Shown piece after piece: positions 1 through 13,119 of a DNA stretch of 64,000 nt; within the stretch, counting starts at the first letter, position 1, and each line of letters begins with the position of its first letter. The notes beneath the pieces are model-generated. The model was not told the origin of the DNA, ran no database searches, and worked only from the letters and a program-made list of their open reading frames with translations. The position numbers and the translations under genes were made by a program. The stretch spans positions 5,766,001 to 5,830,000 of the forward strand of contig OZ024763.1 of the NCBI GenBank assembly GCA_964016885.1. The letters are read 5' to 3'. Source of the stretch: Eledone cirrhosa (taxonomy: Eukaryota).

Positions 1-977
1 TCCTTACAAACTTTTCTTCCCTCTTACCTTAATGCCCGACCCATCTTCCTATAGTCTGCTCTGTCATATACTCTCTATCACACAGTAAACATACACATCA
101 CATTTAAATAATTTACACACACACAATATAAATTTCAACATACATACACACATTAAAATTTATCATGCACTCACACATACTAATCCACACATCTCACGGA
201 CATACGCTAACACTACTAGATACTTTATGCACACACATACATGTCCATTACCACACGGATATACGCATAAACACACTTTGAATAAGGTAATTATTTAACC
301 CATAAATAGGGTCCTAACAGGTACTACTACTCTGTGCCAGAGCAGACCTGGGAGTTATGACCAAGGGGTAACTCCACATTTCCCACAGCCCCACTGGATG
401 TAGTATATCTCTATATATAATATATATTATTATATATTTTACATGTATATGTTTAGTATATACATATATTACATATTAGAAATAGTCAGTTGAACTCTTG
501 CTACTTACAGACTGCCTGAAACTAGACAAGCTGTTGAAATGGCAAGAACTCACCCAACATGCCCAAACTCTTTATATAATCTTACACCATTATCAGGTAC
601 TCTGTTTCATGATGTTCTAACTAGTATAAAACAGGTTTAATCCTGATATATATTGTACATATATATATTTATATAATGTCATATCTTTATTTCACGTTGC
701 TCCAGTAAACTCAGCTGAAAATGAGTACCAGCAGTAGCTGGAGGTTTAACCATGAGATGGACTGGCGTCCTGTCCAGGGGGGTCTTGTACTCTGTCGCTT
801 CACGCAATGAAACCGGGATGAGCCTGCTGGCTTAAGACAGACTTTAGACATATATAATATATACATATACTATCTATCTATCTAGGGCGGGTAAAATTCC
901 TGAGATCCATAGATACATAGGGACATTCCCATGCATGTACTACGTAATACTACATAATATCTTACACATGTATGTAT

Positions 978-1010
<33 letters not shown>

Positions 1011-1240
1011 CACTATATTATAACAGTTTACACAGTTTCATTCAAAAACAAGATATGAAATACCAAAAAAACTGAAGCTAACAACAACATGAAATTTACA
1101 TAAGAAAAATATCTTCAAATTTTAATATTTAGAGTTTTATAAATGGTGTGGAACAAGAAGAAACATAACAGAGCCACCCAGTAACAAGGCTCCCTTTAAG
1201 AGTAAGGCTTGGTGCAGCCAACTGGTCCAACCTCCTTCAT

Positions 1241-1483
1241 AAACTATGGTTCCACTGTGAGAAGTGTTCAGCGCGGCCAACTGGCTGGTCCCTCCTCATA
1301 GAGTGCCATCAAGCTCCGGGCTCCAAAACTATGGTTCCACTGTGAGAAGTGTTCAGCGCGGCCAACTGGCTGGTCCCTCCTCATAGAGTGCCATCAAGCT
1401 CCGGGCTCCAAAACTATGGTTCCACTGTGAGATGGGTTCAGCCCGGACAACTAGCTTGTCCCTCCTCATAATGGTGCCATCCA
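1241..1483. repeat. 85-bp tandem repeat, ~2.8 copies
   Basis: Unit starts 1241, 1326, 1411. Confidence 0.9.
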
Positions 1484-2506
1484 GTCCCACACTGTAAATG
1501 TGGTTGGTATTAGGAAGGGCATCCGGCTTTCGAATCCCCGGCCAAATTTACTGTCCTGTGAGAGCAAGGCACAGCGCGGCCAGTTCTGGCCAGATTTGTC
1601 TCTCGACGTGGATGACCCGTCTAACCCATGCAAACATGGAAAATGGATGCTAAACAGTGATGATGATGATATATATACACCTATACATATATATACTCCC
1701 TTTTGTATCAATGGCCAGCCAGGGAAAGCTGACTAGAAACTGTAGCATCGGCAGCAGTGCCCCAGCATGGCCTCAGCCCCTCAGCTGGAACACATAAAAT
1801 AGAATAATACATACATATATATATATATATAAAATTATAATATAGAGTTAGAAACTCACAATAGTCCCCTATAATCAAGGGAGTTCAAGGAAGATAAACC
1901 GAGCCCTTTATAAATCATAGCAATGAGAGAAGGCACATAATAAATGATGTCAGATAATAAGGGGATAAAGTACCACCGTGGTAAAGAGCATATAAACTAC
2001 GGATGGAGGGGTAAATACAAATTAATAAAATAATAATCAAAATGTAGGAACCTCCACTATAATGATATACACCCAGACATAAGGGGTTCGTACAGTTTGA
2101 TTCCTCTTTTAGTTTTTATGTGCTTTACTAGGGTAGAACTTTATCCTCTATTATCTGACATAATTCATGATGTCCCTTTCTCCCATTGCTATGATTTATA
2201 TATACATATATACATATATATATATACATATATATATAATAATATTATTTATAGATTATTGTGTAATTTATATATATATATATAATTATCACAGCTTAAT
2301 GTCTATTTTTCCATGCATGGGTTAGATGTGTCACCCACATCATGAGATGAGTCTGGCTGGCTGGCTGCACCATGGCTTGCTCAGAGAGAACTGTATTTTG
2401 GCTATGATTATATATATATATATGTGTGTGTGTGCGTGTGGACATATGTTGCTTGTGGCTGGCTGCACCATGGCTTGCTCAGATAGAACTGTATTTTGGC
2501 TATGAT

Positions 2507-2545
<39 letters not shown>

Positions 2546-2659
2546 GGACATATGTTGCTTGTATAGAAATGATGATGATGAAAATGAGAAGATTGCAGAA
2601 GTATTGTTGGTAGGTTTCAGATGTGGTTAGAAGACACAAGAGGATGACTATGGATGACA

Positions 2660-2759
2660 TTAGCAGGCTTCCTGTACAATGGGGTCCCTAACTGTCTGGA
2701 AGGCAGACACTAAGGAACCCAGTTGAATCCTCTCATTGGTTCCTGACATCAAACGGTAC
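2660..2759 (-). CDS. RFC5: RFC5 terminal coding exon 11 (YRLMSGTNERIQLGSLVSAFQTVRDPIVQEAC*)
   Basis: ctttttag acceptor, TAA at 2662-2660; the 11 exons sum to 999 nt with no frameshift. Confidence 0.95.
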
Positions 2760-3564
2760 CTAAAAAGAGACAATGGGGAGAAATGTATAAATATTTAATA
2801 TTACACAACAACCCATCAAACCCCCTACAAAGACAGACAAATGAGTGAATATTTAATAATTGTTTCTACTTGTGGCACAAGGCCAGCAATTTGAAGGGAG
2901 GGTGGAGGAAGTAGATTATATCGACCTCAGTATGTTACTGGTACTTTATTGTATTGACCTCCTGTAAAAATGAAAGGCAAAGCTAACCTCGGTGAAATTT
3001 GAACTCAGGATGTAGGAACATAACTACATGCCACAAAGTATGTTGTCCACCGCTCTACCTATTACTGCCAATCCAAAATCATTGTGAATATTTAATCACA
3101 TTACATAGCAACCCATCAAACCATTATTTTTTGACAGAAATAGGATCCTGAAAGGGTCGCTGTTCCTACAGTTTAACCCTTTCGGTCAGTGTTAGAACCC
3201 TTTTTCTTTTACCAGAGAGTAAAATAGGTCATATGACAAATATCAACTCTTTTCTCAGAATCCAGCCAAAACCAGCTCTGGTTCTATGAAATAAAACCAC
3301 TCATTTTAGAGGTTTCTTATTTAAATTAAAATCTTCCAACATAATTTTATATAAGAATCTTACATTAAGTTACTATCTTAAGAATAAATAATTTTAGTAA
3401 ATCCATCAAAATTCTTCATTAATTAATTAAAATAGAGTCTATTTCATTAGAAATATGATCATGAAAGGGTTAAAAAAAACCATTAAAAAAATCCTAAAAC
3501 CATGTGGTTGTGAAGTGAACTCTTTAACCACACAGCAGTCTTGTCCACCTCTGTAACAACTGTA

Positions 3565-4450
3565 CATCTAACTGACCAAGTCTATAGTTAGACCAGGACT
3601 GCATCTAACTGACCAAATCTATAGTTAGACCAGGACTATATCTAACTGACCAAGTCTATAGTTAGACCAGGACTGCATCTAACTGACCAAGTCTATAGTT
3701 AGACCAGGACTGCATCTAACTGACCAAATCTATAGTTAGACCAGGACTGCATCTAACTGACCAAATCTATAGTTAGACCAGGACTGCATCTAACTGACCA
3801 AGTCTATAGTTAGACCAGGACTGCATCTAACTGACCAAGTCTATAGTTAGACCAGGACTGCATCTAACTGACCAAATCTATAGTTAGACCAGGACTATAT
3901 CTAACTGACCAAATCTATAGTTAGACCAGGACTGCATCTAACTGACCAAGTCTATAGTTAGACTAGGACTGCATCTAACTGACCAAGTCTATAGTTAGAC
4001 TAGGACTGCATCTAACTGACCAAGTCTATAGTTAGACTAGGACTGCATCTAACTGACCAAATCTATAGTTAGACCAGGACTATATCTAACTGACCAAGTC
4101 TATAGTTAGACCAGGACTGCATCTAACTGACCAAATCTATAGTTAGACCAGGACTGCATCTAACTGACCAGGTCTATAGTTAGACCAGGACTGCATCTAA
4201 CTGACCAGGTCTATAGTTAGACTAGGACTGCATCTAACTGACCAAATCTATAGTTAGACCAGGACTGCATCTAACTGACCAAGTCTATAGTTAGACCAGG
4301 ACTGCATCTAACTGACCAAGTCTATAGTTAGACCAGGACTACATCTAGCTGACCAAGTCTATAGTTAGACCAGGACTGCATCTAACTGACCAGGACTACA
4401 TCTAACAGATCAGGTCTATAGTTAGACAAGGACTATATCTAACTGACCAA
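3565..4450. repeat. 37-bp minisatellite, ~24 copies
   Basis: GCATCTAACTGACCAAGTCTATAGTTAGACCAGGACT. Confidence 0.95.
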
Positions 4451-4473
4451 TAAAACCAGACAAATCTACTTAC

Positions 4474-4528
4474 TCTGCTTCTGCCATCTTGTCCAATAAG
4501 TCAATCCGGACTTTTATTGGGAAATCAA
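4474..4528 (-). CDS. RFC5: RFC5 exon 10 (DFPIKVRIDLLDKMAEA)
   Basis: 55 nt, tttttag/gtaagt; phases consistent. Confidence 0.93.
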
Positions 4529-4767
4529 CTAAAAAATGTAAAAAAAGTAAAAAAATCATTAGAAATGAAGATAAAAATTCCTGTGATGTTACTGGGTAGT
4601 ATATGATACCAGTGGTGTTATTGGGTAATATATGATACCAGTGGTGTTATTCGGTAATATATGTCAGAAAACATCTGTATATAGCTTCAGCTACTTGACA
4701 AATGTGAAAGTTATATAAACTGTGTATATACATATAAAACTATGTGTGTATATGTATATATAAAAAA

Positions 4768-5320
4768 GAGTCATAGCACAGTTGATTAGGGACCGGGTAA
4801 AACTAGATGAGATGCAATTAGGGTTTGTGCCAGGAAAAGGCACCACTGATGCCCTCTTCCTTGTGAGGCAGTTACAGGAAAAGTACCTAGCTAAAAGTAA
4901 GCTGCTCTACCTGGCATTTGTCGATCTGGAAAAAGCCTTCAACAGAGTGCCTGGTGCTATAATCTAGTGGGTTCTTAGAAAACTAGGAGTAGATGAATGG
5001 CTTGTGAAAGCTGTACAAGCCATGTATAGGGGAGCAGTCAGCAAAGTTAGGGTTAACAATGACTATAGCGAGGAATTTAGCATACAGGTCGGTGTCCACC
5101 AGGGCTCTGTTCTTAGCTTTCTCCTGTTCATTATAGTATTGCAGGCAATAACGGAGGAGTTTAAGACCGGATGCCCATGGCAACTCCTATATGCGGATGA
5201 TCTCACACTTATAGCTGAATCTATGGTGTAACTAGAAGAAATTTCAAACATGGAAGCCGGGACTAGAAAGAAAGGGTCTCAAAGTCAACCCGACAAAGAC
5301 TAAGGTCCTCATAAGTAATG
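4768..5320 (+). mobile_element. RTE-clade LINE reverse transcriptase fragment (RFC5 intron 9)
   Basis: QLGFVPGKGTTDA, AFVDLEKAF, GVHQGSVLS, LLYADDL; stops and frameshift. Confidence 0.92.
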
Positions 5321-6059
5321 AAAATAGAGAAAGATTGCTGAATGAGAAAACACTACATGTTAGATGATTTCAAAATGTGGAATTCCCGCCAATATAGAGC
5401 TTAACCAGTGAGGTGCATATATATATATATATATATACATATCGAGATATATATATATACATATCGATATATATATATACATACACAGTAAGTCCCCACC
5501 TTACGAACTTCTTCAGATACAAACAGTCTCACGAAAAAAAAAAATTGAGTTTGAAATTTGCATGTTTGCTGTACGATGTTTTCTTCTGAGTTGGTTCGTT
5601 TTTGTGGGTTCTTTCAGGCCCTAGGTTCCTGCTTTTGCAGCATAAAAACAAGCCAAAATAGTACTTACGGTATGGACTACCATTTTGCTTTCACAGAATT
5701 GAAAAAGTACTTTCCTGTCATTAGCTTTACAGTATTTAAATTCATTATTACATGTTATATATACCTCTATATACCGCTCATATGGAAACTTGCAGTATCA
5801 ATGTAACATATACAGGCTTGCTGTATATAGTATATATACGTGTGTCATCAACATCATCGTTTAACGTCCATTTTCCACGCTAGCATGGGTCTGGACGGGA
5901 ATTGTCCCACTTGAAGCAAGATTGGTTGTCTTGCTCAGGACTGTCTGGCGGGTTTTCTACGGCTGGATGCCCTTCCTAACACCAACCACGTTTACAGTGT
6001 GGACTGGGAGGTTTTTACCGTGTTACCTACTGTATATATATATTTAAAAAAATTCTTAC

Positions 6060-6137
6060 TTCGATGGACATAAACATGGACTTCAGTGAGGATGTCTTGG
6101 AGAGCCAAACCTTTGGCAACTTTTAACTGGAGAATAT
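6060..6137 (-). CDS. RFC5: RFC5 exon 9 (ILQLKVAKGLALQDILTEVHVYVHR)
   Basis: 78 nt; KGLALxDIL motif typical of RFC5; phase 1/1. Confidence 0.95.
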
Positions 6138-7178
6138 CTACAGCAAGGTCAAGGTCATATCACATACTACAATGTCAAGATCACATTATTGCTATATACA
6201 AACCTTCGTATATACGCTATACACACCCTCGTATATAAGCTATATACATATATATATAGCTATATACATACGCTCGTATATAAGCTATATACATACACAA
6301 ACCTACGTATAGTGCTATATACACATCCATATATATATATAAGCTATTCACACATACATACACTCATATACACACCTTCGTATTTAAACTATACACATAC
6401 AAACCCTCATGTACAGTGACATATACACACACCCAGTAGACACATACACACAACTGTACAGACATACACATTCCCAGTCACACACACAGCTATACATACA
6501 TACTCAGACACATATAACCATACACACAGACAGCTACATATACCCAGATACACAGACAGCTATATATACCCAGATACACAGACAGCTATATATACCCAGA
6601 TACACAGACAGACAGACATACAGCTATATATACCCAGATACAGACAGACAGACAGCTATATATACCCAGATACACAGACAGACAGACAGCTATATATACC
6701 CAGATATACAGCTATATATACCCAGATACAGACAGACAGACAGCTATATATACCCAGAGACAGACAGACAGCTATATATACCCAGATACACAGACAGACA
6801 GCTATATATACCCAGATACAGACAGACATACAGCTATATATACCCAGATACCCAGATACACAGACAGACATACAGCTATATATACCCAGAGACAGACATA
6901 CATACCCAGATACACAGCTATATATACCCAGATACACAGACAGACATACAGCTATATATACCCAGAGACAGACAGACATACAGCTATATATACCCAGAGA
7001 CAGACATACATACCCAGATACACAGCTATATATACCCAGATACACAGACAGACATACAGCTATATATACCCAGAGACAGACAGACAGACAGACAGCTATA
7101 TATACCCAGAGACAGACATACATACCCAGATACACAGCTATATATACCCAGATACACAGACAGATCAGTGAAGGATAC
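6138..7178 (-). other. U12-type (minor spliceosome) GT-AG intron, RFC5 intron 8
   Basis: 5'ss GTATCCTTCA; branch motif CCTTGAC (6154-6148) with branch A 12 nt from the 3' end; no polypyrimidine tract. Confidence 0.9.
6525..7163. repeat. Compound minisatellite (CAGCTATATATACCCAGA + CAGA/CATA) in the U12 intron
   Basis: Direct inspection. Confidence 0.9.
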
Positions 7179-7308
7179 TTTTATAAGCTTCTGTGAAGGT
7201 GGAGTTTAACAGCCACTGTACAATATTTTCAATATCTTTTCGGAGCGGATGTCCTACACAAAGATACACATTATCTTCTGTGACGTTGTCAAAGGCCATG
7301 GAAGAACT
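7179..7308 (-). CDS. RFC5: RFC5 exon 8 (SSSMAFDNVTEDNVYLCVGHPLRKDIENIVQWLLNSTFTEAYK)
   Basis: 130 nt, gcag acceptor; donor GTATCCTT (U12 type). Confidence 0.95.
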
Positions 7309-7699
7309 CTGCAATAATAATAATAATAATAATAATAATTGTTTCTACTTTAGGCACAAGGCCAGCAATTACCCCCCCAGTGCATTACTGGTACTTTATT
7401 TTATCGACACCGTAAGGATGAAAGGCAAAGTTAACCTCGGCGGGATTTGAACTCAGACCGTAAAGGGACGTAACTATGCTGGAAAGCATGCCGTCCGACC
7501 CTCTCCCGATTAAATAGACCTCAGTGCTTTATTTTATCGACCCCATAAGGATGAAAGGTAAAGTTAACCTTGGCGGGATTTGAACTCAGACCGTAAAGGG
7601 CCGTAGCTCGATGCTGCAAAGCATGTTGTCCGACGCTCTATCAATTCTGCCAATCCACTGCCCTAACAATAATAATAATAACTAGACAAGTATTGTAAG

Positions 7700-8050
7700 T
7701 ATTTGTTCACTGTGGTACCACAGGGTGAATGAGAAGGAAAGTGAGAAAGTTGAGGAAACCAGGAAACCAGGAAACTGGAGAATTAGAGACATAAAAGTGG
7801 TAGCGATTGTGGTTGATGCACTGAGAGCAGTTAGTAGAAGGTTAGATGCATGGCTTGAGAAGCTAGGAATTACCTTCAGGACAGGATTGTTGCTGAAAAC
7901 AGCCTTGCTGGGAACAGAAAGGATTTTAAGGAGGTTGTTGGAAAGTTGAAGAAGGAATGATCCAATAGAGCTTTGGCCATTGGCTGTAACTTGTCCTTTT
8001 GGTATAGTGTTGCTATAACATCTGCCAGGACAAAAGCATTACTAATGATA
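7700..8050 (+). mobile_element. 3' fragment of an R4/Dong-like non-LTR element
   Basis: KVVAIVVDAL...KTALLGTERILRRLL resembles the R4-clade C-terminus; flanked by TAA repeats. Confidence 0.55.
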
Positions 8051-8516
8051 ATAATTGTTTCTACTTTAGGCACAAGGCCAGCAATTACCCAGTGCATTAC
8101 TGGTACTTTATTTTATCGACCCCGTAAGGATGAAAGGCAAAGTCAACCTCGGCGGGATTTGAACTCAGATCGTAAAGAGACGTAACTATGCTGCAAAGCA
8201 TGGCGTCCGACCCTCTACCGATACTGCCAATCCACAATGATAATAATAAAGTGGTCATGTATGAGTCACGACAAAAAACACCCAGCACACACTGTAAAGT
8301 GGTCGGCGTTAGGAAGGCATCCAGCCATTGAAACTTAGCCAGAAACAGTTCTATATGAGCGAGACACAGTCCCCCCAACTTGGCTGTCTAACAATGGAAC
8401 AACTCATCTAAACCATGCTAGTGTGGAAAATGGACGTTATACAAAGATGGTGATGATATATATATATATATAAGTGTTTTTACTGTTATATATATGTACC
8501 AGAGAGTGTCACTTAC

Positions 8517-8598
8517 CTGGAGTATATTCAGGGAACGTCTCATGTCCCCACATGCCAGGGTGACAATAGCTTTCATGCCATCTAGGGACACATTCACT
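8517..8598 (-). CDS. RFC5: RFC5 exon 7 (VNVSLDGMKAIVTLACGDMRRSLNILQ)
   Basis: 82 nt, tag/gtaagt; sensor-2 GDMR motif. Confidence 0.96.
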
Positions 8599-8681
8599 CT
8601 AGAAACACAACAAAATGACAATATTAGGTTACAGTAACTCTTAACATCCTGTACCACAATAAATCACATTAGCAAGGCATT

Positions 8682-9020
8682 CTATAAACATTTAGTACAA
8701 AACAACACTATGACTACATCGCATTAAATATCAAAGTCTTTACTGTAATACTGTAAACTTTCACAACAATCTGTCCACCAGTAAAGATACTATAAACATT
8801 TAGTACAAAACAACACTATGACTACATCACATTAAATATCAAAGTCTTTACTATAATACTGTATATTTTCACAATTTGTCCACCAGTAAAGATACTATAA
8901 ACATTTAGAACAAAAACAACACTGTACTACATCACATTAAATATTAAAGACTTTAGTGTAATACTACAAATTTTCACAACAATCTGTCCACTAATAAAGA
9001 TACTATAAACATTTAGTATA
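8682..9020. repeat. ~107-bp tandem repeat, ~3 copies
   Basis: CTATAAACATTTAG recurs at ~8682, 8789, 8895, 9004. Confidence 0.85.
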
Positions 9021-9108
9021 AACTACAACACCATATTAACTCTTACACTACAACATCATATTAATCCTTACACTACAACAGCAACAACAATTCTATATTA
9101 ACCCTTAC

Positions 9109-9268
9109 CCTTCTTGTTTAATGACATATTCCAATCGTGGCATCATCTGTTCCACAGAGATGGGAGCAAACCTAAACCTTGTACATCGAGACTGTAAAGC
9201 TGGAATAATCTTGGACAGGTAATTACAAATGATACAGAACCGAGTATTCTCTGTGAATTTCTCAATAA
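9109..9268 (-). CDS. RFC5: RFC5 exon 6 (IEKFTENTRFCIICNYLSKIIPALQSRCTRFRF...)
   Basis: 160 nt, gcag/gtaagg; SRC arginine-finger motif. Confidence 0.97.
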
Positions 9269-9318
9269 CTGCAAATAAATAATATAAATAACTTTAATAA
9301 TAAAATAACAGAACCCTC

Positions 9319-9598
9319 TTAACCCTTTCATTACCATATTTCTAATGAAAGACACAGTCTATATCTTTAACCCTTTCATTACCATATTTCTAATGAAAGA
9401 CACTGTCTATGTCTTTAACCCTTTCATTACCATATTTCTAATGAAAGACACAGTCTATATCTTTAACCCTTTCATTACCATATTTTTAATGAAAGACACA
9501 GTCTATGTCTTTAACCCTTTCATTACCATATTTCTAATGAAAGACACAGTCTATGTCTTTAACCCTTTCATTACTATATTTCTAATGAAAGACACTGG
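9319..9598. repeat. 48-bp minisatellite from a MITE terminus
   Basis: TTAACCCTTTCATTACCATATTTCTAATGAAAGACACAGTCTATATCT x~6. Confidence 0.9.
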
Positions 9599-10079
9599 CT
9601 AGGATTTTTCAAATAAATTTTAGGAATAATCAAGGATTTGAAAGGATTTAGCAATACAACTAACTTTGTCATTATAAAGCTGGCATTTTGAACATAATTT
9701 AACCCTTTACCATTTACATTACTCTATATTTACTATTATATTTTCATGTTAAAGGCTTTACCTCATAATCATCTCACATAATATCGAATCTACGAGATTT
9801 TGATATTATTTATTTGGAGAACAATACGTTAACAGCAGTATGAGCAGACAGTTATGGCCAGTTTGAACAGAAAGAGGTGAGAGAATTATGGCTGGATACG
9901 ACCGGTTTAAATGCTAAAGTGTTAAAGGTTGCATAAAATTATGAAAGAAGGATTTTAAATAAATATAAATACTTAAAACCATTTTGTATTGTATAACTAA
10001 GGGCTATACAATAACATTTGTAAGTCATAGAATTGACCTAGGGCTAAATAATACTGTAACCAGTGGTGCCAATATTTAC

Positions 10080-10153
10080 CTCTACGAAGTGCATTCTGAG
10101 CGTCTCGTGTCATGGCGTCAGCTTCATCCAAAATCACCAACTTAAATCCAGAT
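10080..10153 (-). CDS. RFC5: RFC5 exon 5 (Walker B, GFKLVILDEADAMTRDAQNALRR)
   Basis: 74 nt, cag/gtaaat; DEAD motif. Confidence 0.97.
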
Positions 10154-10211
10154 CTGTGAGATGACAGAATGGAAAACATATAAATAATTATATTTGTTAA
10201 CTGATGTCAGA

Positions 10212-10642
10212 CATTAGACTGTGGCCTTGCTGCAGCACTGCCTCCTTCTTTTACTGGTGTCAATCATTAGACTATGGCCATACTGGGGCAATGCCTCCTT
10301 TTACTGGGGTCAGTCATTAGACTGTGGCCATACTGGGGCAATGCCTCCTTTTACTGGTGTCAATCATTAGACTATGGCCATACTGGGGCAATGCCTCCTT
10401 TTACTGGGGTCAGTCATTAGACTGTGGCCATACTGCGGCAATGCCTCCTTTTAATGGTGTCAATCATTGGACTGTAGCCATGCTGGGGCAATGCCTCCTT
10501 TTACTGGTGTCAATCATTAGACTATGGCCATACTGGGGCAATGCCTCCTTTTACTGGGGTCAGTCATTAGACTGTGGCCATACTGCGGCAATGCCTCCTT
10601 TTAATGGTGTCAATCATTGGACTGTAGCCATGCTGGGGCACC
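10212..10642. repeat. 50-bp minisatellite with 150-bp higher-order unit
   Basis: CATTAGACTATGGCCATACTGGGGCAATGCCTCCTTTTACTGGGGTCAGT variants. Confidence 0.9.
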
Positions 10643-10780
10643 ATACTCTTACTGGTTTCAGTCATGGTGGTAGTAGTAGTAGTAGTAGTAGCAGCAGCAA
10701 CAGTAGTAGTAGTAGTAGTTGTAGTAGTAGTAGTAGCAGCAGCAACAGTAGTAGTAATAGTAGTAGTAGTAACAACTTAC

Positions 10781-10860
10781 TTGAAAATTGTTCTGGTGCT
10801 GGCAAAACTTAGAATGTTTTCTCGGACAATTCCTATTCCACGATCATCTGAGGCATTTAA
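10781..10860 (-). CDS. RFC5: RFC5 exon 4 (LNASDDRGIGIVRENILSFASTRTIF)
   Basis: 80 nt, cag/gtaagt; RFC LNASD motif. Confidence 0.97.
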
Positions 10861-11765
10861 CTGGGGACACACAGACAGAAATATAACATAGAAGAATTAG
10901 TAGGGGTCATTTGAGGTGTTGTAACCCTTTAGCATTTACATTACTCTATATATACTATTGTATTTTCACAGTAAAGACTTTATCTTGCATAATATCGAAT
11001 CTATGAGATTTTGATATTATTTATTTTGAGAACAATACCTTAACATCAGTATGAGTGGTCAGTTACACCCGGTTTGAAGAGAAAGATGAGAAAATTGAGG
11101 TCAGATATGGCCGGTTTAAATTCTAAAGAAATAAATGTTTTTATTGGATACTGAAACATAACATGTTTCACAGAGTAAATTGGTAGTGTCATGATAAAAT
11201 ACACCCAGTACACTCTGTAAAGTGGTAGTGTTGGTGCAGTGATAAAATACATCCAGTATACTCTGTAAAGTGGTAGTGCTAAAGACATGATGTCATGATA
11301 AAATACACCCAGTACACTCTGTAAAGTGTTAGTGCTGGTGTCATGATAAAATACACCCAGTACATGTAAACTAGTAGTGCTGGTGTTGTTATAAAATACA
11401 CCCAGAACACCCTGTAAAGTGGTACTTCTGGTGTCACGATAAAATACACCCAGTACACCCTGTAAAGTGGTAGTGCTGGTGTCATAATAAAATACATCGA
11501 GTACACACTGTAAAGTAATAACTGATTCTACTTTTGGCACAAGGCCAGCAATTACTCCAGTGCATTACACTGGTGCTTTAATTTATCGACCTCGTAAGGA
11601 CCTCAGCAGGATTTGAACTCAGAACGTAAAGGGCCATAACTCTATGCTGCGTAGCATGGTGTCTGATGCTCTACCAATACTGCCAATCCACTGTAAAGTG
11701 CTAATAGTGGTTTGTATTTTACCATTGAGACTTCAGGATAGTTGACTTAAACAAGAATGACTCAC

Positions 11766-11902
11766 CTCAAGAACCATTGAATTAACCTCTTTAGAAGAAT
11801 ATATTTGTTTAGCAACGGCAAGAATGGTGCTGGTTTTCCCTGTCCCAGGAGGGCCATAGAACAGCAAGTGGGGCAGACGATCCTCGTTCACAAATTTCTT
11901 AA
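11766..11902 (-). CDS. RFC5: RFC5 exon 3 (Walker A, PHLLFYGPPGTGKTST)
   Basis: 137 nt, tttcag/gtgagt; AAA+ P-loop visible in ORF 11733..11939. Confidence 0.97.
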
Positions 11903-13119
11903 CTGAAATAATAATAATAATGATTTCTAGTATAAGCACAAGGCCAGTAATTTGGTGGAAGGCGAAAGTCGATTAAATCGACCCCCAGTTCGTTACTGGT
12001 GCTTTATTTTATCGACCCCGTAAGGATGAAAGGCAAAGTTAATCTCGGCGGGATTTGAACCCAGAACGTAAAGGGCCATAACTCTATGCTGCAAAGCATG
12101 ACGTCTGACACTCTCAAGAAGCTTAACATTTTCATATTTCTAACAGGTTTATAATACAAGATTATATCAGCAGCTTCCACCAGTAAGCGAAGTGATAAGC
12201 CAGAGGAGAATGAAAGTCGCAGGTAACCGGTTTCGATGAGAAGATAGCAAGTAATCTTGCTGTGTGGGTACCCTCGGATGAATATAGAAATACAGTGGTA
12301 GAAGGACAAGAAATTAAATTCACCCCGTCCCACCACCACCACCCCCACCCCATCCACACCACCCCGTTCTATGTAAAGTTATGTTGGTGCCGCGCCATCG
12401 AGGCCGAAACAAATGAGATCGTGTAGGTGTCACGACAAAAAAACACACAGTCCACGCTGTAATGTGGCCGTGTAGGTAACACGGTAAAAACCTCCCAGAC
12501 CCACACTGTAAATGTGGTTGGTGTTAGGAAGGGCATCCAACTGTAGAAAACCTGCCAGACAGTCCTATGCGAGCAAGACAATCACTCTTGCCTCAAGTGG
12601 GACTACCCCCGTCCAAACCCATGCAAGCGTGGAACACGGACGTTAAACGTTGATGATGATGATGATGAACCTGCTGGAAGGTACTAGAATGGACAGTATA
12701 GGAGAGCTGACAACACTGATGGTGATGATGGCTAGAGAACTGTGGATGGCAGGTGTAAAGACAGATTGGTGACACGGCAGTTGGCATAGATAGATAGATA
12801 GATAGCTTCCAATTGTTCCACAATGCTGATGGTTGATAAAGACCTTTGCAGGGCAGGTGTAAAGATTGATGGGTGACCCTGGGTATTGGCATAGATAGAT
12901 AGCTTCCACTAAAATACTGATGATGGAAGGAGAGCTTTGGGGGTCAGGTGTAAAGATAGATCGGATATATATATAGATGAAAAAAATAATGTTATCTCTG
13001 ATCGAGACAAAGCAAGAGTCTATTTGAATACATATAAAAATGAGAAAACTCATCGTTAGAACAGCCATTAAAACAGCTAGATGTTGTCAAAGACAATTAT
13101 GGGCAAAAATGCCTCAGAG

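Noticed and set aside
3565-4450. CRISPR-like array (37-bp palindromic repeat)
   Set aside because: Units are contiguous with no unique spacers, there are no cas genes, and it lies in a eukaryotic intron
6409-7209. 266-aa repeat ORF
   Set aside because: Minisatellite on the antisense strand of RFC5 intron 8
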